Of a stretch of 64,000 nt of DNA, positions 13,701 to 26,700 are shown piece by piece (positions within the stretch are counted from its first letter, which is position 1; each line of letters begins with the position of its first letter). The translations under genes were made by a program, and so were the position numbers. Under the pieces are notes generated by a model. It saw only the letters and a program-made list of their open reading frames with translations, was not told the origin of the DNA and did no database searches. This DNA comes from the human T2T-CHM13v2.0 reference genome, Homo sapiens, in the NCBI RefSeq assembly GCF_009914755.1, contig NC_060939.1. One strand, 5' to 3'.

Positions 13701-16700
13701 ACACAAATGGAATGGTACGGAATGGAATGGGATGGGATGGAATGGTATGGAATGGAAGTTAATCAACAAGAATGGAATGGAACGGAATGGAATGGAATGG
13801 AATGGAAACGAATGCAATGCAATGGAATGCAATGGAATGGAATGGAATGGAATGGAATGAAATGGAATGGAATGGAATGGAATCAAAACGAATGGAATGG
13901 ACTGCAATTGAATGGAATAAATCTGGGTGCATTGGAATGGAATGTAACGGAGTGGAATGTAATGGAATTCAGTGGAATGGCATGGAATGGAATGGAATGG
14001 AATGGAATGGAATGGATTGGATCGGATTGGAATCCAATGGAAGCAACTGGAATGGAATGGAATGGAATGGAATGGTATAAATCCGGGTGGAGTAGACTGT
14101 AATGTAATGGAGTGGAGTGGAGTGGAATTCAGTGGAATGGAATAGATTGGAATGGATTGGAATATAATGGAATGGAATGGAATGGAATGGAATGCAATGA
14201 AAGGGATTGGATCGGAATGGAATCCAATGGAATCAACTGGAATGGAATGGAATGGAATACATCCGGGTGGAGTGGAATGGAATGTAATGGAGTGGAATGG
14301 AATGGAATTTAGTGGAATGGAATGGAATGGAATGGAATGGAATGGAACGGAATGGAATGGAATGGAATCAACCCGAGTGGAATGGAATGGATTGGAATGG
14401 AAAGGAATGGAATTGAATGGAATGCAATGGAATGGAATCAACCCGAATGGGATGGCATGGAATGGAAAGGAATGGAATGGAATGGAATGGAATGGAATCA
14501 AAACGAATGGAATGGAACGGAATGGAATGGGATGGGATGGAATGGAATGGAATGGAAGTAAATCAACACTAATGGAATGGAACGGAATGGAATGGAATGG
14601 AATGGAATGAACCCGAATAGAATGGAATGGATTCGAATGGAATGGAATTGAATCAACCCGAGCGGAAAGGAATGGAATGGAATGTAGTGGAATGGAATGT
14701 AATGGAATGGAATGGAACGGAATGGAATCAACACGAGTGGAATGGAATGGAACGGAATGGAATCAACCCGAGTGGAATGAAATGGAACGTAATGCAATGG
14801 GATGGAGTGGAATCAACCTGAGTGGAATGGAATGGAATGGCATGGAATGGAACGGAATGAAAGGGAATGAAATGGAATGGATCGGAATAGAATCCAATGG
14901 AATCACCTGGAATGGAATGGAATGGAATGGAATGGAATGGACTCGAATGCAATGGAATGGAATAAATCCGGGTGGAGTGGAAAGGAATATAATGGAGTGG
15001 AATGTAATGGAATTTAGAGGAATGGAATGGAGTGGAATGGAATGGAATGGAATGGAAAGTAATGGAATGAAATGGATTGGATAGGAATGGAATCCAATGG
15101 AATCAACTGGAATGGAATCAATGGAATGGAATGGAATAAATCCGGGTGGAGTGGAATGGAATGTAATGGAGTGGAATGGAATGGAATTTAGTGGAATGGA
15201 ATGGAATGGAATGGAATGAAATGGAATGGAATCAACCCGAGTGGAATGGAATGGAATGGAATGGAAAGGAATGGAATGGAATGGAATGGAATGGAATGGA
15301 ATGGAATCAACCCCAGTGGAATGGAACAGAATGGAATGGAAATGAATAGAATGGAATTGAATTGAATGGAATGGAATGGAATCAACCCGAATGGGATGGC
15401 ATGGAATGGAATGGAATGGAATGGAATGGATTGGAAAGGAATGGAATGTAGTCAACCCAAGTGCAATGGAATGGAATGGAATGCAATGGAATCCACACGA
15501 GTGGAATGGAATGGAATAGAATGGAATGGAATGGAATGGAATGGAATGGAATGGAATGGAATGGAATGGAATAAATCCGGGTGGAGTGGAATGAAATGTA
15601 ATGGAGTGGAATGGAATGGAATTTAGTGGAATGGAACAGAATGGAATGGAATGGAATGGAATGGAATGGAATGGAATGGATTGGAATGAAATGGATTGGA
15701 TCGGAATGGAATCCAATGGAATCAACTGGAATGGAAAGGAATGGAATGGAATGCAATAAATCCGGGTGGAGTGGAATGGAATGTAATGGAGTGGAATGGA
15801 ATGGAATTTAGTGGAATAGAATGGAATGGAATGGAAAGAAATGGATTGGATCGGAATGGAAGCCAATGGAATCAACTGGAATGGAATGGAATGGAATGGA
15901 ATGGAATGGAATGGAATGGAATAAATCCGGGTGGAGTGGAATGGAAAGTAATGGAGTGGAATGTAATGGAATTTAGTGGAATGGAATTGAATGGAATGGA
16001 ATGGAATGGAATGGAATCAAACCGAATGGATTGGAACGGAATGGAATGGAATGGAATGGAATGGAATCAACACGAATGGGATGGCATGGAATGGAATTGA
16101 GTGAAATGGAATGGAATGGAATGGAATGGAATGGAATGGAATGGAATGGAATCAACCCGAATGGGATGGAATGTAATGGAATGGAATGGAATGGTATGGA
16201 ATGGAATGGAATCATCCCAAGTGCAATGGAATGGAATAGAATGCAATGGAGCCACCCGAGTGGAATGGAATGGAATGGAGTAGAATGGAACGGAATGGAG
16301 TGGAATGGAATAAACACCAGGGGAATGAAATGGATTGGAATGAAATGGAATGGAATGGAATGGAATGGAATGGAATGAAATCAACCTGAGTGGAATGGAA
16401 CGGAATGGAATGGAATGGAAAGGAATGAATGGAAGGGAATGGTGTGGAATCAACACGAGAGGAATGGAATGGAATGGAATGGAACGGAACGGAATGGAAA
16501 GGAATGGAATGGAATGAACCCGAATGGAATGGAATGGATTGGAATGGAATGGAATTGAATCACCCCGAGCGGAAAGGAATGGAATGGAATGGAGTGGAAT
16601 GGAATGAAATGGAAAGGAACAGAATGGAATCAACACGAGTGGAATGGAATGGAACGGAATGGAAACAACCCGAGTGGAATGAAATGGAATATAATTCAAA

Positions 16701-17179
16701 GGGATGGACTGGAATCAACCCGAGTGGAATGGAATGGAATGGAATGGAATGAAATGGAATGGATCGGAATGGAATCCAATGGAATCAACTGGAATGGAAT
16801 GGAATGGAATGGAATGGAATGGAATAAATCCGGGTGGAGTGGAATGGAATGCAATGGAGTGGAATGTAATGGAAATTAGTGGAATGGAATGGAATGGAAT
16901 GGAATGGAATGGAATGGAATGGAAAGAAATGGATTGGATAGGAATGGAACCCAATGGAATCAACTGGAATTGAATGGAATGGAGTAAATCCGGGTGTAGT
17001 GGAATGGAATGTAATGCAATGGAATGGAATGGAATTTAGTGGAATGGAATGGAATGGAATGGAAAGGAATGGAATGGAATGGAATGGAATCAACCCGAGT
17101 GGAGTGGAACGGAATGCAATGGAAAGGAATGGAATGGAATGGAATGGAATGGAATGGAATGGAATGGAATGGAATCAAC
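10730..17179 (+). repeat. 6.45 kb tandem duplication, copy 2 (6450 bp)
   Basis: Matches copy 1 until CAAC at 17176-17179, then continues CCGAATGGGATGGCAT instead of ACGAATGGAAT. Differences seen: +1 GGAAT in the run 11701-11760 and -2 GGAAT before 13260. Confidence 0.96.
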
Positions 17180-19385
17180 CCGAATGGGATGGCATGTAAT
17201 GGAATGGAATGGAATGGAATGGAATGGAATGGAATGGAATGGTATGCAATGGAATGGAATCATCCCAAGTGCAATGGAATGGAATGGAATGCAATGGAGC
17301 CACCCGAGTGGAATGGAATGGAATGGAATGGAATGGAATGGAATGGACTGGAATGGAACGGAATGGAGTGGAATGGAATAAACACCAGGGGAATGAAATG
17401 GATTGGAATGAAATGGAATGGAATGGAATGGAATGGAATGAAATCAACCCGAGTGGAATGGAAGGGAATGGAATAGAATGGAAAGGAATGAATGGAAGGG
17501 AATGGTGTGGAATCAACACGAGAGGAATGGAATGGAATGGAATGGAACAGAAAGGAATGGAAAGGAATGGAATGCAATGAACCCGAACGGAATGGAATGG
17601 GTTGGAATGGAATGGAATTGAATCACCCCGAGCGGAAAGGAATGGAATGGCATGGAGTGGAATGGAATGGAATGGAATGTAATGGAATGGAATGGAATGG
17701 AATGGAATCAACACGAATGGAATGGACCGGAATGGAATGCGATGGGATGGAATGGAATGGAATGGAAGTTAATCAACACGAATGGAATGGAACGGAATGG
17801 AATGGAATGGAATGGAATGGAATGAACCCGAATGGAATGGAATGGATTGGAATGGAATGGAATGGAATCAACCCGAGCGGAAAGGAATGGAATGGAATGG
17901 AGTGGAATGGAATGAAATGGAATGGAATGGAATGGAATGTAAACAACACGAATGGAATGGAATGGAATGGAATGGAATGGAATGGGATGGAATGGAATGG
18001 AATGCAAGTTAATCAACACGAATGGAATGGAACGGAATGGAATGGAATGGAATGGAATGGAAAGGAATGAATGGATGGGAATGGTGTGGAATCAACACGA
18101 GAGTAATGGAATCGAATGGAATGGAACGGAACGGAATGGAAAGGAATGGAAAGGAATGAACCCGAATGGAATGGAATGGATTGGAATGGAATGGAATTGA
18201 ATCAACCCGAGCGGAAAGGAATGGAATGGAATGGAGTGGAATGGAATGGAATGGAATGGAATGGAATGGAATGGAATCAACACGAATGGAAAGGAACGGA
18301 ATGGAATGGGATGGGATAGAATGGAATGGAATGGAAGTTAATCAACACGAATGGAATGGAACGGAATGGAATGAAATGGAATGGAATGAAATGGAAAGGA
18401 ACAGAATGGAATCAACACGAGTGGAATGGAATGGAACGGAATGGAATCAACCCGAGTGGAATGAAATGGAATGTAATTCAAAGGGATGGAGTGGAATCAA
18501 CCCGAGTGGAATGGAATGGAATGGAATGGAATGAAATGGAATGGATCGGAATGGAATCCAATGGAATCAACTGGAATGGAATGGAATGGAATGGAATGGA
18601 ATGGGATAAATCCGGGTGGAGTGGAATGGAATGCAATGGAGTGGAATGTAATGGAATTTAGTGGAATGGAATGGAATGGAATGGAATGGAATGGAATGGA
18701 ATGAAATGGATTGGATAGGAATGGAACCCAATGGAATCAACTGGAATTGAACGGAATGGAATAAATCCGGGTGGAGTGGAATGGAATGTAATGGAGTGGA
18801 GTGGAATGGAATTTAGTGGAATGGAATGGAATGGAATGGAATGGAATGGAATCAACCCGAGTGGAATGGAACGGAATGCAATGGAAAGGAATGGAATGGG
18901 ATGGAATGGAATGTAATCAACCCGAATGGGATGGCATGTAACGGAATGGAAAGGAATGGAATGGAATGGTATGGAATGGAATGGAATCATCCCAAGTGCA
19001 ATGGAATGGAAAGGAATGCAATGGAGCCACCCGAGTGGAATGGAATGGAATGGAGTGGAATGGAATGGAGTGGAATGTAACGGAATGGATTGGAATGGAA
19101 TAAACACCAGGGGAATGAAATGGATTGGAATGAAATGGAATGGAATGGAATGGAATGGAATGAAATCAACCCGAGTGGAATGGAACGGAATGGAATGGAA
19201 TGGAAAGGAATGAACGGAAGGGAATGGTGTGGAATCAACACGAGAGTAATGGAATGGAATGGAATGGAACGGAACGGAATGGAAAGGAATGGAAAGGAAT
19301 GAACCCGAATGGAATGCAATGGATTGGAATGGAATGGAATTGAATCAACCGGAGCGGAAAGGAACGGAATGGAATGGAGTGGAAT

Positions 19386-19420
19386 GTAATGTAATGTAAT
19401 GTAATGTAATGTAATGTAAT
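19386..19420 (+). repeat. (GTAAT)7 variant-pentamer run
   Basis: Seven consecutive GTAAT, read directly. Confidence 0.95.
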
Positions 19421-20495
19421 GGAATCAACACGAATGGAATGGAACGGAATGGAATGGGATGGGATGGAATGGAATGGAATGGAAGTTAATCAACACGAAT
19501 GGAATGGAACGGAATGGAATGGAACGGAATGGAATGGAATGAACCCGAATGGAATGGAATGGATTGGAATGGAATGGAATGGAATCAACCCGAGCGGAAA
19601 GGAATGGAATGAAATGGAGTGGAATGGAATGGAATGGAATGGAATGGAATGGAAACAACACGAATGGAATGGAACGGAATGGAATGGGATGGGATGGAAT
19701 GGAATGGAATGCAAGTAAATCAACACGAATGGAATGGAACAGAATGGAATGGAATGGAATGAAATGCAAAGGAAAGGAATGGAATCCACACGAGTGGAAT
19801 GGAATGGAACGGAATGGAAACAAACCAGAGTGGAATGAAATGGAATGTAATGCAATGGGATGGAGTGGAATCAACCCGAGTGGAATAGAATGGAGTGGAA
19901 CGGAATGAAATGAAATGGATCGGATTGGAATCCAGTGGAGTCAACTGGAATGGAATGGAATGGAATGTAATCGAATGGAATGGAATGGAGTGGAATGGAA
20001 TGGAATAAATCCGGGTTGAGTGGAATGGAATGAAATGGAGTGGAATGTAATGGAATTTAGTGGAATGGAATGGAATGGAATGGAATGGAATGGAATGGAA
20101 TGGAATCAACCCGAGTGGAATGCAACGGAATGCAACGGAAAGGAATGGAATGGAATGGAATGGAATGGAATGGAATGGATTGGAATGGAACGGAATGCAG
20201 TGGAATGGAATAAACACCAGGGGAATGAAATGGATTGGAATGAAATGGAATGGAATGGAATGGAATGGAATGAAATCAACCCGAGTGGAATGGAACGGAA
20301 TGGAATGGAATGGAAAGGAATGAATGGAAGGGAATGGTGTGGAATCAACACGAGAGTAATGGAATGGAAAGGAATGGAACTGAACGGAATGGAAAGGAAT
20401 GGAAAGGAATGAACCCGAATGGAATGCAATGGATTGGAATGGAATGGAATTGAATCAACCCGAGCGGAAAGGAATGGAATGGAATGGAGTGGAAT

Positions 20496-20525
20496 GTAAT
20501 GTAATGTAATGTAATGTAATGTAAT
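20496..20525 (+). repeat. (GTAAT)6 variant-pentamer run
   Basis: Six consecutive GTAAT, read directly; paralogous to 19386-19420. Confidence 0.95.
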
Positions 20526-22004
20526 GGAATGGAATGGAATGGAATCAACACGAATGGAATGGAACGGAATGGAATGGGATGGGATGGAATGGAATGGAAT
20601 GGAATGGAAGTTAATCAACACGAATGGAATGGAACGGAATGGAATGAAATGGAATGGAATGGAATGAACCCGAATGGAATGGAATGGATTGGAATGGAAT
20701 GGAATGGAATCAACCCGAGCGGAAAGGAATGGAATGGAATGGAGTGGAACGGAATGGAATGGAATGGAATGCAAGTTAATCAACACGAATGGAATGGAAC
20801 GGAATGGAATAGAATGGAATGTAATGGAATGAAATGGAAAGGAACGGAATGGAATCAACACGAGTGGAATGGAATGGAACGGAATGGAATCAACAAGAGT
20901 GGAATGAAATGGAATGTAATGCAATGGGATGGAGTGGAATCAACACGAGTGGAATAGAATGGAATGGAACGGAATGAAATGGAATGGATCGGATTGGAAT
21001 CCAGTGGAGTCAACTGGAATGGAATGGAATGGAATGGAATGGAATGGAATGGAAAGGAATGGAATGGAATAAATCCGGGTGGAGTGGAATGGAAAGTAAT
21101 GGAGTGGAATGGAATGGAATTTAGTGGAATGGAATGGAATGGAATGGAATGGAGTCAACACGAGTGGATTGGAACAGAATGGAATGGAAAGGAATGGAAT
21201 GGAATGGAATGGAATCAACCCGAATGGGATGGCATGGAATGGAATTGAATGGAATTGAATGGAATGGAATGGAATGGAATGGAATCAACCCAAGTGCAAT
21301 GGAATGGAATAGAATGCAATGGAATCCACTCGAGTGGAATGGAATGGAATGGAATGGAATGGAATGGAATGGAGTCGAATGGAACGGAATGTAGTGGAAT
21401 GGAATAAACACCAGGGGAATGAAATGGATTGGAATGAAATGATATGGAATGGAATGGAATGGAATGAAATCAACCCGAATGGAATGGAACGGAATGGAAT
21501 GGAATGGAATGGAAAGGAATGAATGGAACGGAATGGTGTGGAATCAACACGAGAGGAATGGAATTGAATGGAATGGAATGGAACGGAATGGAAAGGAATG
21601 GAATGGAATGAACCCGAATGGAATGGAATGGAATGGAATGGAATGGAATGGAATGGAATCAACCCGAGCGGAAAGGAATGGATTGGAATGGAGTGGAATG
21701 GAATCTAATGTAATGTAATGGAATGGAATGGAATCAACACAAATGGAATGGAACGGAATGGAATGGGATGGGATGGAATGGAATGGAATGGAATTTAATC
21801 AACACGAATGGAATGGAACGGAATGAAATGGAACGGAATGGAATGGAAAGGAATGGCATGGAATGGAATGGAATGAAATGGAAACAAGCGGCATGGAATC
21901 AACACGACTGGAATGGAATGGAATGTAATGCAATGGGATTGAGTGGAATCAACCAGTGTGGAATGGAATGGAATGGAATGGAATGGAATGGAATGGAATG
22001 AAAT

Positions 22005-22149
22005 GGAATGGATCGGAATGTAATCCAATGGAATCAACTGGAATGTAATGTAATGGAATGGAATCGAATGGAATGAAATGGAATGTATCGGAATGTAATC
22101 CAATGGAATCAACTGGAATGTAATGTAATGGAATGGAATCGAATGGAAT
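22005..22149 (+). repeat. 75-bp tandem duplication
   Basis: ATCGGAATGTAATCCAATGGAATCAACTGGAATGTAATGTAATGGAATGGAATCGAATGGAAT starts at 22012 and again at 22087. Confidence 0.9.
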
Positions 22150-23799
22150 AAACCCGGGTGGAGTGGAATGGAATGTAATGGAGTGGAATGTAATGGAAGT
22201 TATTGGAATGGAATGGAATGGAATGGAATAGACTGGATCAGAATGGAATCCAATGGAATCAACTGGAATGGAATGGAACGGAATGGAATGGAATAAATCC
22301 GGGTGGAGTAGAATGGAATGTAATGGAGTGGAATGGAATGGAATTTAGTGGAATGGAATGGAATGGAATGGAATGGAATGGAATGGAATGGAATGGAATA
22401 AATCCGGGTGGAGTGGAATGGAATGTAATGGAGTGGAAAGGAATGGAATTTAGTGGAATGGAATGGAATGGAATTTAATGGAATGGAATGGAATCAATCC
22501 GAGGGCATGGAACGGAATGGAATGGAAAGGAATGTAACGTAATGGAATGGAATGGAATGGAATGGAATGGAATGGAATCAACCCGAATGGGATGGCATGG
22601 AATGGAATTGAATGGAATAGAATGGAATGGAATGGAACGGAATGGAGTCAACCCAAGTGCAATGGAATGGAATGGAGTGCAATGGAAAAGAATGGAATGC
22701 AATGGAATCCACCCGAGTGGAATGGAATGGAATGGAATGGAATGGAATGGAATGGAAAGGAATGGAGTGGAATGGAACGGAATGGAATATAATGGAATCA
22801 ACACGAATGGAATGGAACGGAATGGAATGGAATGGAATGGAATGGAATGGAATGGAATGAACCCGAATGGAATGTAATGGAATGGAATGGAATAGAATGG
22901 AATCAACGTGAGCGGAAAGGAATGGAATGGAATTGAGTGGAATGGAATGGAATGGAATGGAATGGAATGGAATCAACACGAATGGAATGGAACGGAATGG
23001 AATGGGATGGGATGGAATGGAATGGAATGGAAGTTAATCAACACAAATGGAATGGAACGGAATGGAATGGAATGGAATGGAATGGAATGAAATGGAAAGG
23101 AAAAGAATGGAATCAACACGAGTGGAATGGAATGGAACGGAATGTAATCAACCCGAGTGGAATGAAATGGAATGTAATTCAAAGGGATGGAGTGGAATCA
23201 ACCCGAGTGGAATGGAATGGAATGGAATGGAATGGAATGGAATCAAACCAAGTGCAATGGAATGGAATGGAATGCAATGGAATCCACCCGAGTGGAATGG
23301 AATGGAATGGAACGGAATGGAATGGAATGGAATGGAATGGAATGGAATGGAATGGAATGGAATGAAATAAACCCGAGTGGAATGCAACGGAATGGAATGG
23401 AATGGAAAGTAATGAATGTAATGGAATGAGGTGGAATCAACACGAGAGGAATGGAATGGAACGGAATGGAACAGAATGGAATGGAAAGGAATGGAATGGA
23501 ATGAACCCGAATGGAATGGAATGGAATGGAATGGAATAGAATGGAATCAACCCGAGCGGAAAGGAATGTAATGGAATGGAGTGGAATGTAATGTAATGTA
23601 AAGGAATGGAATGAAATAGAATCAACACGAATGGAATGGAACGCAATGGAATGGGATGGGATGGAATGGAATGGAATGGAAGTTAATCAACACGAACGGA
23701 ATGGAACGGAATGGAATGGAATGGAGTGGAATGGAACGGAATGGAGTGGAATGCAATAAACACCAGGGGAATGAAATGGATTAGAATGAAATGGAATGG

Positions 23800-26700
23800 A
23801 ATGGAATGGAATCAACCCGAATGGGATGGCATGGAACGGAATTGAATGGAACGGAATGGAATGGACTGTAATGGAAAGGAATGGAATGGAATCAAACCAA
23901 GTGCAATGGAATGGAATGGAATGCAAAGGAATCCACCCGAGTGGAATGGAATGGAATGGAATGGAATGGAATGGAATGGAATGGAAGGGAGTGGAATGGA
24001 ACGGAATGGAGTGGAATGGAATAAACACCAGGGGAATTAAATGGATAGGAAAGAAATGGAATTGGAATGGAATGGAATGGAATGAAATCAACCCGAGTGA
24101 AATGCAAAGGAATGGAATGGAATGGAAAGGAATGAATGTAATGGAATGAGGTGGAATCAACACGAGAGGAATGGAATGGAATGGAATGGAAAGGAACGGA
24201 ATGGAAAGGAATGGAATGGAATGATCCCGAATGGAATGGAATGGATTGGAATGGAATGGAATGGAATCAACCCGAGCGGAAAGGAATGGAAAGGAATGGA
24301 ATGGAATGGAATGGAATGGAATGGAATGGAATGGAATGGATTGGAATTGAATGGAATGGAATCAACCCGAGCGGAAAGGAATGGAATGGAATGGAACGGA
24401 ATGAAAAGGATTGGATCGGAATGGAATCCAATGGAATAAACTGGAATGGAATGGAATAGAATGGAATGAAACAAATCGGGGTGGAGTGGAATGGAATGTA
24501 ATGGAGTGGAATGTAACGGAATTTAGTGGAATGGAATGGAGTGGAATGGAATGGAATGGAACGAAATGGATTGGATCGGAATATAATCCAATGGAATAAA
24601 CTGGAATGGAATGGAATGGAATGGAATGGAATGAAATGCAGTGGATTGGAATGGAATCAAATGGAATCAACTGGAATGGAATGGAATGGAATAAATCCGG
24701 GTGGAGTGGAATGGAATGTAATGCAGTGGAATGTAACGGAATTTAGTGGAATGGAATGGAAAGGAATGGAATGGAATGGAATGGAATGGAATGGAATGAA
24801 ATGGATTCGATCGGAATGGAATCCAATGGAATCAACTGGAATGGAATGGAATGCAATGGAATGGAATGGAATAAATCCGGGTGGAGTGGAATGGAATGTA
24901 ACGGAGTGGAATGGAATGGAATTTAGTGGAATGGAATGGAATGGAATGGAATGGAATGGAATGGAATGGATTGGAATGGAATTAACCCGAGTGGAATGGA
25001 ACGGAATGGAATGGAAAGGAATGGAATGGAATGGAATGGAATGGAATGGAATGGAATGGAATCAACCTGAATGGGATGGCATGGAATGGTATTGAATGCA
25101 ATGGAATGGAATGGAATGGAATGGAATGGAATGGAATCAAACCAATTGCAATGGAATGGAATGGAATGCAATGGAATCCACTCGATTGGAATGGAATGGA
25201 ATGGAATGGAATGGAATGGAATGGAATGGAGTGGAATGGAATAAACACCAGAGGAATGAAATGGATTGGAATGAAATGGAATGGAATGGAATGGAATGAA
25301 ATCAACCCGAGTGGAATGGAACGGAATGGAATGGAATGGAAAGGAATGAATGGAATGGAATTGTGGGGAATCAACACGAGAGTAATGGAATGGAATGGAA
25401 CAGAATGGAAAGAATGGAATGGAATGAACCCGAATGGAATGGAATGGATTGGAATGGAATGGAATGGAATCAACCTGAGAGGAAAGGAATGGAATGGAAT
25501 GGAGAGGAATGGAATGTAATGGAATGAAATGGAAAGGAATGGAATCAACACGAATGGAATGGAACGGAATGGAATGGGATGGGATGGAATGGAATGGAAT
25601 GGAAGTTAATCAACACGAATGGAATGGAATGGAATGGAATGGAATGGAATGAAATGGAAAGGAACAGAATGGAATCAACACGAGTGGAATGGAATGGAAC
25701 GGAATGGAATCAACCCGAGTGGAATGAAATGGAATGTAATGCAATGGGATGGAGTGGAATCAACCCGAGTGGAATGGAATCGAATGGAATGGAATGGAAC
25801 GGAATGGAAAGAAATGGAATGGATCGGAATGGAATTCAATGGAATCAACTGGAATGGAATGGAATGGAATGGAATGGAATGGAATGGAATGGAATAAATC
25901 CGGGTGGAGTGGAATGGAATGTAATGGAGTGCAATATTACGGAATTTAGTGGAATGGAATGGAATGGAATGGAATGGAATGGAATCGAATGGAATGAAAT
26001 GGAATGGATCGGAATGGAATCCAAAGGAAACAACTGGAGTGGAATGGAATGGAATGGAATGGAATGGAATGGAATAAATCCGGGTGGAGTGGAATGGAAT
26101 GTAATGGAGTGGAATGGAATGGAATTTAGTTTAATGGAATGGAATGGAATGGAATGGAATGGAATGGAATGGAATGGAATGAAATGGAATGGAATCAACC
26201 CGAATGGAATGGAACGGAATGGAATGGAAAGGAATGGAATGGAATGGAATGGAATGGAATAGAATGGAATGGAATGGAATTGAATGGAATGGAATGGAAT
26301 CAACCAAATTGCAATGGAATGCAATGGAATGCAACGGAATCCACCCGAGTTGAATGGAATGGAATGGAATGGAATATAATGGAATGGAATGGAAAGGAAT
26401 GGAATGGAACGGAATGGAATGGAATGGAGTGGAATGGAACGGAATGGAGTGGAATGGAATAAACACCAAGAGAATGAAATGGATTGGAATGAAATGGAAT
26501 GGAATGGAATGGAATGGAATGAATTCAACCCGAGTGGAATGGAACGGAATGGAATGGAATGGAAACGAATGAATGGAAGGGAATGGTGTGGAATCAACAC
26601 GAGAGGAATGGAATGGAATGGAATGGAAAGAAACGGAATGGAAAGGAATGGAATGGAATGAACCCGAATGGAATGGAATGGATTGGAATGGAATGGAATG

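Larger units (their letters stand above)
19090..21150 (+). repeat. Diverged ~1.1 kb tandem pair (about 19090-20200 and 20200-21150)
   Basis: Shared markers: CGAGAGTAAT 19241/20351, (GTAAT)n runs at 19386/20496, CCAGTGGAGTCAACT 19932/21001. Boundaries are approximate. Confidence 0.8.
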
